Positions 44,951 to 53,465 of a DNA stretch of 64,000 nt are shown here, piece by piece. The stretch is from Chitinophagaceae bacterium. Its GTDB lineage: Bacteria; Bacteroidota; Bacteroidia; Chitinophagales; REEL01. Made by a program: the position numbers and the translations under genes. Numbering within the stretch: position 1 is the first letter of the stretch; each line of letters starts with the position of its first letter. The DNA is taken from NCBI GenBank assembly GCA_007695095.1, contig REEL01000088.1, positions 44,551 to 108,550 on the forward strand. Reading direction: 5' to 3'. The notes beneath the pieces were generated by a model. The model did no database searches. It had not been told where the DNA came from and saw nothing but the letters and a program-made list of their open reading frames with translations.

Positions 44951-46540
44951 ATGAAACCATTTATTTTCTTTGTCTTTCTTTTTGTCTTTTCAAATTTAGT
45001 TTCACTTACTGCTTCTGATTTTAATATAACATTTAAAGGGCAGCTTCCATATAACCAAACTCTCAGTGGAATATGGTCTTACGCAGCACCTGACGGGACT
45101 GAATATGCCATTGTTGGAACCAGGTCAGGAACCTCAATTGTTGATATATCTGACCCGTCAAACCCTGAAGAGAAGTTTTTTATACAGGGTGCAACTTCAG
45201 ACTGGCGTGAAATAAGAACATTTGAACATTATGCTTATATTACTACAGAAGGCGGCGGTGGTTTACAAATTTTAAATCTCAGCAATTTACCTAATAATGT
45301 AAATGTGAATACATGGACCGGACCTGCAAATGAAGTAAATACAGCACATACTATCTTTATCGATGAAAACGGCTTTGCCTTTGTCAATGGATTTAACAAT
45401 GCGGATGGAACTATACCGGGAAATCAGCGTGGTTTTTTAATCCTTGACCTGAATGCTAATCCAATAAACCCTCCAATTGTAGGAAGCTTTTCCGATGCTT
45501 ATGTCCACGATTGCTATGGTAGAAATGATACTATCTATGCCGCCTTAATTTATCAGGGAATAGTAGCCGTCATTGATGTGAGCGACAAAGCTAATCTTCA
45601 AATAATTCAAACTTTTGAAACACCCTCTCTATTTACACATAATACATGGTTATCCGATGACGGAAAGACTCTTTTTACTACAGATGAAGTTTCCGGTGCT
45701 TATATTGCTGCATACGACATTTCAAATTTAAACAGCCCCCAGTTATTAGATAGAATTAGAATTTTACCCGGCTCAGGTTTAATTCCGCATAATGTGCATT
45801 ACCTAAACGGTTTTTTAGTAGCCTCATATTACCGAACTGGAGTGGTCGTAATAGATGCAAGGTATCCGGATAATCTAATTGAAGTGGGTCGCTATAATAC
45901 TTCCATATATAGCCCTTCAAACGGATTTAACGGATGCTGGGGAATTGATCCTTATCTTCCTTCGGGAAATGTTATTGCCTCCGATATTGAAAATGGTTTA
46001 TTTATTTTAAAACCCGACTATGAAAGGGCAGCCTATCTTGAAGGCTTAATCATTAATTCAAATGATGGTTTCCCTCTTATTTCTGCCGACATTAAAATAC
46101 TTGGAACCTCGCAAACTGAACGCACAAATTTAAATGGAGAGTACAAAACCGGTGCTCCGGAAACCGGTGAGTATACGTTGGAAATATCCAGAAGCGGATG
46201 TACAACTAAAACTACAAATGTAAACCTTTACACAGATTCCATAATTTATAAAAATTTTGTATTGAATTGCACGACAACCAATGCGAATGAAGTAAGTATC
46301 GCAGAGGTCTTTTATCAACTTGATGTTACGAACAGTCAGATTTTACTTAAAAACCAAATGAGTAATGAATCTCTTTTAGTGAATATTTACGATATTTCAG
46401 GCAGAATACATTCAAATTTTGCAATTAACGCTTTGGAGCTTAAAGAAATAAATCAGCCTCCGACTCCCGGAATATATTTTATCCATATTTTTAATACAGA
46501 TAAGCAAATACATTCTGTAGAAAAAGTTTACCTTCAATAA
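44951..46540 (+). CDS. LVIVD-repeat / choice-of-anchor-B-type beta-propeller protein with carboxypeptidase-regulatory-like domain and T9SS sorting tail
   Basis: 529 aa. Repeated GxxIxD strands (GTSIVDIS, GLQILNLS, GFLILDLN, GIVAVIDVS, GVVVIDAR, GLFILKPD). C-terminus LLVNIYDISGR...GIYFIHIFN. Confidence 0.75.
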   Translation: MKPFIFFVFLFVFSNLVSLTASDFNITFKGQLPYNQTLSGIWSYAAPDGTEYAIVGTRSGTSIVDISDPSNPEEKFFIQGATSDWREIRTFEHYAYITTEGGGGLQILNLSNLPNNVNVNTWTGPANEVNTAHTIFIDENGFAFVNGFNNADGTIPGNQRGFLILDLNANPINPPIVGSFSDAYVHDCYGRNDTIYAALIYQGIVAVIDVSDKANLQIIQTFETPSLFTHNTWLSDDGKTLFTTDEVSGAYIAAYDISNLNSPQLLDRIRILPGSGLIPHNVHYLNGFLVASYYRTGVVVIDARYPDNLIEVGRYNTSIYSPSNGFNGCWGIDPYLPSGNVIASDIENGLFILKPDYERAAYLEGLIINSNDGFPLISADIKILGTSQTERTNLNGEYKTGAPETGEYTLEISRSGCTTKTTNVNLYTDSIIYKNFVLNCTTTNANEVSIAEVFYQLDVTNSQILLKNQMSNESLLVNIYDISGRIHSNFAINALELKEINQPPTPGIYFIHIFNTDKQIHSVEKVYLQ

Positions 46541-46553
46541 TTAAACATCAGAA

Positions 46554-47246
46554 ATGGAAAAATACTCAAAATTTGCAGTAATAGGTTTGGGAAGATTTGG
46601 AGAAACAGTAGCTAAAACACTGGCAGAAAAAGGCGCAGAAGTATTAGGAATAGATACCAGAGAAGACATCATTGAAAATATAAGGGATGACATTGCTTAT
46701 GCTGTTAAAATGGATGCTACGGATATAAAGGCTCTTCAAAATCAAAACATTGAAGACATGGATGTAGTAATAGTCGCTATAGGAAATGATTTTGAAAGTC
46801 TTTTACTGACTACTGTTCAGTTGCAGTCAATGAATATAAAAAGACTTATCACAAGGGCAAATACTATTTTTCAAAAAAAAATACTTGAAAAGATTGGGAT
46901 TAAAGAAATCATAGCTCCGGAAATAGAAGTTGGAGTCTCTTTAGCTGAAAAATTACTTTCACCTAACCTTTTAACCTTTATCCCCCTTCCTGATGAATAT
47001 GAAATTGTAGAAATTGCATGTCCTGAAAATGTTGTAAATCAAAAAATTGAAGATATAAACATTCGTAAAAAATACAACATTAATATAATCACAGTTAAGC
47101 GAAAAGTGTATAAAGAAGGCAAGAAAGATCCCGAGATTAGCGTCATTGGAGTACCCAAACCGGAGACTATTCTTTTAGAAGATGATACTATCTTATTGAT
47201 AGGAAAAGACAAAGATATTAACCGCTTTATTGACACCAATTCATAA
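46554..47246 (+). CDS. trkA: TrkA/KtrA-type potassium-uptake regulatory subunit (RCK domains)
   Basis: 230 aa. Rossmann motif VIGLGRFGETVAKTL (TrkA_N) and a C-terminal TrkA_C-like segment (DDTILLIGKDKDINRF). Confidence 0.85.
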   Translation: MEKYSKFAVIGLGRFGETVAKTLAEKGAEVLGIDTREDIIENIRDDIAYAVKMDATDIKALQNQNIEDMDVVIVAIGNDFESLLLTTVQLQSMNIKRLITRANTIFQKKILEKIGIKEIIAPEIEVGVSLAEKLLSPNLLTFIPLPDEYEIVEIACPENVVNQKIEDINIRKKYNINIITVKRKVYKEGKKDPEISVIGVPKPETILLEDDTILLIGKDKDINRFIDTNS

Positions 47247-47278
47247 GTCTCTGAAAATCTTTACTGCTTTTTGAATAA

Positions 47279-47301
47279 TCACCGCAAGTTGGTGAGTTTT
47301 T
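47279..47301 (+). terminator. Weak candidate terminator after trkA
   Basis: 5-bp stem TCACC/GGTGA with a 7-nt loop, followed by GTTTTT. The stem is short, so the call is weak. Confidence 0.3.
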
Positions 47302-47316
47302 AACGATAATTATCTT

Positions 47317-47324
47317 TATATTTG
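47317..47324 (+). promoter_or_regulatory. Candidate Bacteroidota -7 box (TATATTTG) for secDF
   Basis: Exact match to TAnnTTTG, 49 nt upstream of the secDF ATG at 47374. Confidence 0.4.
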
Positions 47325-47373
47325 CGACTTGATTAAAAAAACCATTAGAAAAATTCAATATAACTATTAAATT

Positions 47374-50300
47374 ATGCAAGGAAAAGGCCTTATTAAGTTT
47401 TTTGGTATTGCGCTGATTATTGTTTGCCTTTATCAGTTATCATTCACTGTTGCTTCTTACAGAGCTGAGCAAAAAGCAAATAATTTCGTAAAGGAAAGAA
47501 TTCAAATACCTGATGCGGAAGCTATCAGCGGAATGTTTGACGGCAATACCCGACTTCAAATTGACTATTTAGACTCACTTAACAGAGAGAAAAATAGTAT
47601 AAAGAGAAGATTTTTAGATTCTATAGGTAATGAAGTTGCACTGAATTTCCTTGTTGAACAATACACTTACAGAGATGCCGCGGAAAGGCAACTAAGTTTA
47701 GGACTTGACTTAAGAGGAGGAATGAGTGTGATTTTGGAAATTTCTCAACCCGATTTATTGAGAGCTCTTTCCGGATACAGTTCTGACGAAAACTTTGAAA
47801 GAGCATTGAACCTGGCAGAAGAAAGAAGGTTTGAAAGCAATGTAGATTTTGTAACTACATTTGGACAAGCTTATGAAGAGGTTAATCCGGGTGGTCGTTT
47901 AGCAGCTATTTTTGCTACTCCTGAAAATCAGGAAATAATTAATATCACTTCTTCTAATCAGGAAGTTCTGAACGCAATCAATAGAGAATCCAGAGAAAAA
48001 ATCAGAAATACCTATAATATTCTGAGAATTAGGATTGACCGTTTTGGTGTTACTCAGCCCAATATCTCCTTACAGGAATTAACCGGTAGAATTACCGTTG
48101 AATTGCCGGGTGTTGATGACCCTGAAAGAGTTAGAAGACTTTTACAATCAACAGCAGAATTAAACTTTTGGATAGCCTGGGACAATGCTGATCTGATTGA
48201 CTTTCTTTTTGAAGCCAATAATGTGTTGGCAGAAATTAAGAAAGCAGAAAGAGGAGATGTTGAAGTTGATGAAGCTGACACTATTTCTGAACCGATTATA
48301 ACTCCGGTTGAAGACGAAGTTGGTATAAATGATGAACCGGTTGAACCGGCTGAAGTAGAAGAAGATGGTGATGCAGGATTGTTTGACGGTTTGGGTGACA
48401 TTGGAGATGACGGTATTTTAGATGCTCAGGAAGATGAAGACTTTGCATTGGAAAACCCTTTATTTAATATTTTATCGCCAAACCTAATACCTACACAGGA
48501 TGGTGGACAAAGTATAGGAGACGGTCCTGTTATCGGATATGTAAACTCTTTTAATAAAGATCAAGTTATGGAATATCTTAACATGGACAGAGTCCGTGCG
48601 ATATTTCCACGTAACGTAAAATTCGTTTGGTCAGCACTTCCTATCGAGTCTGAGGGACAGCAAATTTATGAACTATATGCCTTGGAAACTACACCCGGTC
48701 AGGACAGACCCCTTCTTAGTGGAAATGTTGTAGTTAATGCAGGCCAGGACTTTGATCAATTCGGTAATGCTATTGTAAATATGAGCATGAACCGGGAAGG
48801 TAGTGTCAGATGGAGACAAATTACCGGTGATAACGTAGGTAAATCCATAGCTATCGTATTAGATGATGAAGTTTATTCTGCTCCTACAATTCAGGGAGAA
48901 ATCAGTGGTGGAAGAACGCAGATTACAGGTCGTTTTGATATCAGAGAAGCTCAGGATTTAGCAAATATACTTAGAGCAGGTCAGCTTCCTGCCAGAGCAG
49001 AAATTGTTGAAGAAGAAATTGTAGGACCATCACTTGGTCAGGAATCTATTAATGCAGGCTTGCAGTCTCTCCTAATAGGTCTATCGCTGGTATTCATTTT
49101 TATGATTTTATATTACAATATTGGAGGTATAATTTCCAATATAGTTCTATTCTTAAACCTGTTTTTCATACTAGGAGTACTAGCCTCTCTTGGAGCCGCA
49201 CTTACCCTACCGGGAATTGCGGGTATTGTATTAACCATAGGTATGGCTGTGGATGCAAACGTAATTATTTATGAACGTATAAGAGAGGAGCTAATAAAAG
49301 GCAAAGGCATAAAGATGGCCATAAAAGATGGCTATTATAACTCCTATTCAGCTATTGTAGATGCTAACTTAACTACTTTAATTACAGGCTTTATATTACT
49401 TTTCTTCGGATTAGGGCCGGTACAAGGTTTTGCAACTGTTTTAGTAATCGGTATATTCTCCTCTTTCTTTACCGCAGTATTAATCTCAAGATTAATTATT
49501 GAAGGCCTTACAAACAGAGAAAAGAAAGTTAACTTTTTCAATAAATATACTGAAGGAGCCTTTAAAAATTTAAATTACGACTTTATTAATAAACGGAAAT
49601 TTACTTATATACTATCCGGTATCATTATACTTTTAGGTATAACGTCGATGCTAACCAGAGGATTTGAGTTGGGAGTGGATTTCCAGGGAGGAAGAAGTTA
49701 TGTTGTACGTTTTGATCAAAGTGTTAATACCACTGAATTAAGTACATCTCTAACTGATCAGTTTGAGGCTATGCCTGAAGTAAAAACTTTTGGTGCAAGC
49801 AATCAGGTGAAAATCACTACTGCTTTCATGATTACAGACAGCAGACCTGAAGCTGACAGTATAGTTGAGAATCTACTATTTGAAGGAGTCAAAGATTTTT
49901 ATGACTCTGAAATAACTTATAATGAGTTTATCAATAACTTCAGAATGAGCTCTGTTAAGATTGGCCCTAACATTGCCGATGATATCAGGCAGGGTGCGAT
50001 ATGGGCTACGGTATTTTCATTAGTAGGTATATTCTTGTATATTCTCGCCAGATTCCGGAGGTGGCAGTTTAGTATTGGTGCAATCATAGCTATCTTCCAT
50101 GATGTATTGATAATGTTAAGTATATTCTCTATTTTCAAGGGGATACTTCCATTCTCAATGGAAATAGATCAGGCTTTTATTGCAGCAATCCTAACTATTA
50201 TTGGTTACTCTATAAATGATACGGTGATAGTTTTTGACCGTATTCGTGAATACCTGATTCTCCATCCAAGAGAAAAAATGGACAAAACAATTAATCTGGC

Positions 50301-50508
50301 AATTAACAGTACTTTAAGTCGTACAGTTATCACGGCAATTACAACCTTACTCGTTGTTGTTATCTTATTCATATTTGGTGGAGAAGTTATCAGAGGGTTT
50401 TCTTTCGCCTTATTGATAGGTATCCTGGTAGGTACTTATTCTTCAATCTTTATCGCTTCACCTGCAGTATTGGATATGATTAAGAAAGACAATACCGTCA
50501 AAAAGTAA
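47374..50508 (+). CDS. secDF: Protein translocase subunit SecDF (fused)
   Basis: 1044 aa. SecD part (GLDLRGGMS, IVLDDEVYSAPTIQ, ILRAGQLPA, VDANVIIYERIREE) is followed by the SecF part (GVDFQGG, GYSINDTVIVFDRIRE). An acidic insertion lies at ~48250-48455. Confidence 0.96.
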   Translation: MQGKGLIKFFGIALIIVCLYQLSFTVASYRAEQKANNFVKERIQIPDAEAISGMFDGNTRLQIDYLDSLNREKNSIKRRFLDSIGNEVALNFLVEQYTYRDAAERQLSLGLDLRGGMSVILEISQPDLLRALSGYSSDENFERALNLAEERRFESNVDFVTTFGQAYEEVNPGGRLAAIFATPENQEIINITSSNQEVLNAINRESREKIRNTYNILRIRIDRFGVTQPNISLQELTGRITVELPGVDDPERVRRLLQSTAELNFWIAWDNADLIDFLFEANNVLAEIKKAERGDVEVDEADTISEPIITPVEDEVGINDEPVEPAEVEEDGDAGLFDGLGDIGDDGILDAQEDEDFALENPLFNILSPNLIPTQDGGQSIGDGPVIGYVNSFNKDQVMEYLNMDRVRAIFPRNVKFVWSALPIESEGQQIYELYALETTPGQDRPLLSGNVVVNAGQDFDQFGNAIVNMSMNREGSVRWRQITGDNVGKSIAIVLDDEVYSAPTIQGEISGGRTQITGRFDIREAQDLANILRAGQLPARAEIVEEEIVGPSLGQESINAGLQSLLIGLSLVFIFMILYYNIGGIISNIVLFLNLFFILGVLASLGAALTLPGIAGIVLTIGMAVDANVIIYERIREELIKGKGIKMAIKDGYYNSYSAIVDANLTTLITGFILLFFGLGPVQGFATVLVIGIFSSFFTAVLISRLIIEGLTNREKKVNFFNKYTEGAFKNLNYDFINKRKFTYILSGIIILLGITSMLTRGFELGVDFQGGRSYVVRFDQSVNTTELSTSLTDQFEAMPEVKTFGASNQVKITTAFMITDSRPEADSIVENLLFEGVKDFYDSEITYNEFINNFRMSSVKIGPNIADDIRQGAIWATVFSLVGIFLYILARFRRWQFSIGAIIAIFHDVLIMLSIFSIFKGILPFSMEIDQAFIAAILTIIGYSINDTVIVFDRIREYLILHPREKMDKTINLAINSTLSRTVITAITTLLVVVILFIFGGEVIRGFSFALLIGILVGTYSSIFIASPAVLDMIKKDNTVKK

Positions 50509-50531
50509 TTGCTATAAGTATTTGAACAAAT

Positions 50532-50566
50532 AAAAAAGGGCTGTAAAATTTTTACAGCCCTTTTTT
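50532..50566. terminator. Bidirectional rho-independent terminator after secDF
   Basis: 10-bp perfect stem GGGCTGTAAA (50538-50547) / TTTACAGCCC (50551-50560) with a 3-nt loop. It is flanked by an A-run (50532-50537) and a T-run (50561-50566). Confidence 0.85.
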
Positions 50567-50726
50567 GTTGCCTATTTGTTGACAGTTAATGTTTTGATCT
50601 GAGGAGTGAATTGTTCTAGTTTTTTCGACCTAAGCACATTCAAATCATCATTGCTACAAAAGGAATAAAACAATCTGTCCCATTCAAAATGCAAGTAGTT
50701 TATATTTAATCTGTTTTTCATTAGGT

Positions 50727-50902
50727 TATAAAATAATTGAATAATAGAACATTCAAACAATCGAATAGTGAAGTAAAATGAAAGAAAAAAAGAAACGGAT
50801 TAATTTTAGCAACGTTCTAATTTCTGATTTCTTCATTCAGATGTTCTATTGTTCAAATTAACCATTCTTGTTTTGAGCAATGGGTCACCCAATATCAAGA
50901 TT
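50727..50902 (-). repeat. Tandem module copy 1: palindrome, 16-nt arm, short ORF, complementary 16-nt arm
   Basis: Aligns with 50967-51170 at a ~240-bp period. Arm TTGAACAATAGAACAT runs 50856->50841 and the complementary ATGTTCTATTATTCAA runs 50752->50737 (15/16 positions pair). The palindrome TGGGTCACCCA is at 50881-50891. Confidence 0.8.
50753..50836 (-). CDS. Candidate 27-aa hydrophobic peptide ORF inside module copy 1
   Basis: Manual translation gives MKKSEIRTLLKLIRFFFSFILLHYSIV. The ATG is 4 nt after the 5' arm and the stop is immediately followed by the 3' arm. The first 11 residues are identical in copy 2. Confidence 0.3.
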   Translation of the reverse strand: MKKSEIRTLLKLIRFFFSFILLHYSIV

Positions 50903-51105
50903 GTTTGTTTCATGGAATAGTTTTCAATTTGTTGCATGCATCTACCAACATTTACAGAATCAAGGATATAAAATAATTGAATAATAGAACATTCGAACAA
51001 TCGAATACAGAAGTAAAATAAAAGAAAAAAGTATAAATACTGCTTCAGAAAAAAAGTAAAGAATCGGGTTATTTTTAGTAAAGTTCTAATTTCTGATTTC
51101 TTCAT
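50833..51105 (-). CDS. Candidate small ORF of module copy 2 (90 aa as drawn; only the first ~36 hydrophobic residues parallel copy 1)
   Basis: Track ORF MKKSEIRTLLKITRFFTFFLKQYLYFFLLFYFCIRLF... An indel and a TGA->CGA change let it read through the 3' arm into copy 1. The real product length is unknown. Confidence 0.25.
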   Translation of the reverse strand: MKKSEIRTLLKITRFFTFFLKQYLYFFLLFYFCIRLFECSIIQLFYILDSVNVGRCMQQIENYSMKQTILILGDPLLKTRMVNLNNRTSE

Positions 51106-51170
51106 TCAGATGTTCTATTGTTCAAGTCAACCATTCCTGTTTTGTGCAATGGGTTACCCAAAATCAAGAT
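50967..51170 (-). repeat. Tandem module copy 2 (carries a ~27-nt insertion relative to copy 1)
   Basis: Arms run 51125->51110 and 50992->50977, with sequences identical to copy 1. The palindrome TGGGTTACCCA is at 51150-51160. Confidence 0.8.
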
Positions 51171-51383
51171 TATTTCGTATAGTGTGATTATCAAGTTAGA
51201 AGTTAAACCTTTTGGAGAGTTTCTTTTTTATTGAAAATATTAGGATGGTTGTGAGAACTACAAAATAGCAGAGCCTTCTATAATAGAATAAACTGAATAC
51301 TTTTTTATCAAAAGTAGCTTTATGAAGTTAAATAGTAACTCATAAATTTAGAATATAAATAGAGTGGGTCTAATGAAAAACTA

Positions 51384-52727
51384 CTACTTTTTTGCAGGGA
51401 TAAAGTAACGTAAAGAAGCTCCCCCTGAAAAGTTCATGTTATACAAATATCTGTTAGAATATGGAGCATATGTATCAATGCGCATATTAAAACCTAAAAT
51501 CAAATTATTAACTATAAAAATATCATATTGTACACCTCCCGCAAGCCCATAGTTATGTTCCTGGAAAAACAGGGATTGATTAAAGATATTTTTTATTTCT
51601 TCAAAAATACCACCTATCAGTTTTTTATATAAAATACCTGCTGTAAATGTAACTCCATGTGTTTGATTCAAGGCATAGCTGTAGCCCGACATTTTATATC
51701 TGAATAGTAAAGGTATCTCTAAATAATCAAGTCTGAAATTTCTGTCCGTGTAATTCCAGTTTTTGCTTGTAGCATCTAACGAATAATTAAGTGTATTTAA
51801 AAAAAAGCCTGATTCTACTCCAAAATTGCTGTTAAAGTCATAACCAAAATTGAAACCATACTTTAATCCGGTACCGGAATTAAAACTGTATTTATAATCA
51901 CTTTCCGCAACAGCCGGAAGAGAAATCTCATTTAAACTATTTCTAACTGACTGAATTCCGACTCCAAAATGAAGCCCTTTAGAGTATTCAGCGGGTGCAT
52001 TATTTTGGAGTTTCCGAATCCGTCTATTCTCAGATTCCAAATCTAATCCAAAAGGATTATCTACCAATTTATTTATAGAGGCTAAAAAGTCAAAATTTTC
52101 ATCAAAATTCAATTCCTGTTCACCAAGTAACTGTAAATCAGAAGTCGTTAACATACTTGATTCTGTATTTGAAAAGTCTGTACCTTCAGAATTTACAGCT
52201 TCAGATATTTTTTGATTTTCTTCAGTAGTACCGGAAACAGAAGATGCCGGTCTGTACGATTGATTTGAACCTGACTCTCCGGTATTTTTAGTCATAGAAG
52301 AATAGCTATTATCAGCCTCAAAACTATTCGTTAGGCTCTCAAATTGAGCTATGTGCTGAATGTCTGAAGAGTTATTTGCTTGAGTATTATAAAACTCTAA
52401 TTTATTTATGAGGGCTGAAAAGTTAGTTAAAAATTTATATGAATCTTTATGAAGGGCTGTTGATTCAATTTCGGTTTCAGAATTTGAAAGAATGGTATTT
52501 TGGTGGAGAAGATAAGAAGATTGAATGCTAAATACAAGCAAGAGAATAGCAATAGCAGATCGGTAAAATCTACGCTGCATTAACATTTTCTTGCGAGCAT
52601 CTATAGTATCTAAATCATGTTCGATTTTACTCCAGACATCTTTTTCCGGCTTTACACGAAAATCCTCTAAATTATCTTTAAAAAATCGATCCATATTATT
52701 TTTATCATAACTTTTTTCCTTACTCAT
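51384..52727 (-). CDS. Anti-sigma-like N-terminus and single TM helix fused to a C-terminal outer-membrane beta-barrel (PorT/OMP_b-brl-like) domain
   Basis: 447 aa. N-terminus DRFFKDNLEDFRVKPEKDVWSKIEHDL, then TM AIAILLLVFSIQSSYLL and a Ser/Asn-rich linker. The C-terminal ~190 aa have alternating beta-strand pattern (LDYLEIPLLFRYK ... GGASLRYF). It lies immediately downstream of the ECF sigma gene. Confidence 0.7.
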   Translation of the reverse strand: MSKEKSYDKNNMDRFFKDNLEDFRVKPEKDVWSKIEHDLDTIDARKKMLMQRRFYRSAIAILLLVFSIQSSYLLHQNTILSNSETEIESTALHKDSYKFLTNFSALINKLEFYNTQANNSSDIQHIAQFESLTNSFEADNSYSSMTKNTGESGSNQSYRPASSVSGTTEENQKISEAVNSEGTDFSNTESSMLTTSDLQLLGEQELNFDENFDFLASINKLVDNPFGLDLESENRRIRKLQNNAPAEYSKGLHFGVGIQSVRNSLNEISLPAVAESDYKYSFNSGTGLKYGFNFGYDFNSNFGVESGFFLNTLNYSLDATSKNWNYTDRNFRLDYLEIPLLFRYKMSGYSYALNQTHGVTFTAGILYKKLIGGIFEEIKNIFNQSLFFQEHNYGLAGGVQYDIFIVNNLILGFNMRIDTYAPYSNRYLYNMNFSGGASLRYFIPAKK

Positions 52728-52814
52728 ATCTTCTCTTGCTCAAAAATCAATTTCTTCAATAATAAACAATAGCATAGACAGACATTTTGATAAAAGGTTG
52801 CATGCTATATTAAA

Positions 52815-53393
52815 TTATCTTCCTGCTTTTTCTTTCGGATAAATATCTAATTGCTTCAACTTCTTTTGCAAAGCTACTCTCGCCCTGGCTAATTGAGATT
52901 TAGAAGTACCAACAGAAATATTCAATTCAACTGAAATTCTATCATGCGATAATCCATCTATAGTATATAAGTTAAAGATAGTTCTGTAACCCACCGGTAA
53001 TTCCTGAATCATCTTTAAAATCTTTTCCATGGGAATATCAGCATAAAAGAAATCATCTGTGTCATTTTCATCGGGTATATTCTTAACCTCTATTAATGGA
53101 TAAATTGCTACAGAACTTCTTAATTCAGAAATACATGTATTAACAAAAATCCGTTTTAACCAACCATCAAAAGAACCTTTAAAGCTAAATTGATGCAAAT
53201 TCTGAAAGGCTCTGACAAAACCTTCCTGCAAATAATCTTCTGCTTTGTGATAATCTCCTGCATAACGCAGACAAATAGAAAACATTACAGGAGAATAATA
53301 CTCATAGAGAATCCTCTGTGACTTTCTGTCATTTTTAAAGCTTTTCTTTATCAGATTAGCCAATGATTCTCCATGAATAATAGCCCCTTCCAT
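52815..53393 (-). CDS. RNA polymerase sigma-70 family factor, ECF subfamily
   Basis: 192 aa. Region 2 (YSPVMFSICLRYAGDYHKAEDYLQEGFVRAF) and a region 4 helix-turn-helix (LSHDRISVELNISVGTSKSQLARAR). Confidence 0.9.
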   Translation of the reverse strand: MEGAIIHGESLANLIKKSFKNDRKSQRILYEYYSPVMFSICLRYAGDYHKAEDYLQEGFVRAFQNLHQFSFKGSFDGWLKRIFVNTCISELRSSVAIYPLIEVKNIPDENDTDDFFYADIPMEKILKMIQELPVGYRTIFNLYTIDGLSHDRISVELNISVGTSKSQLARARVALQKKLKQLDIYPKEKAGR

Positions 53394-53465
53394 TTGAAAT
53401 ATTTAAACAATTAGACTTAATAACTAGTATAAATATATAAATTTAATTGATTAAATAGAAATTAT

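Noticed and set aside
50572-51180. Tandem repeats considered as a CRISPR array, and track ORFs 50572-50760 / 50833-51105 as ordinary genes
   Set aside because: There are only two copies, at a ~240-bp period, with no short regular repeat-spacer structure and no cas genes. The 62-aa ORF is just read-through of the repeat arm and is not conserved in the other copy.
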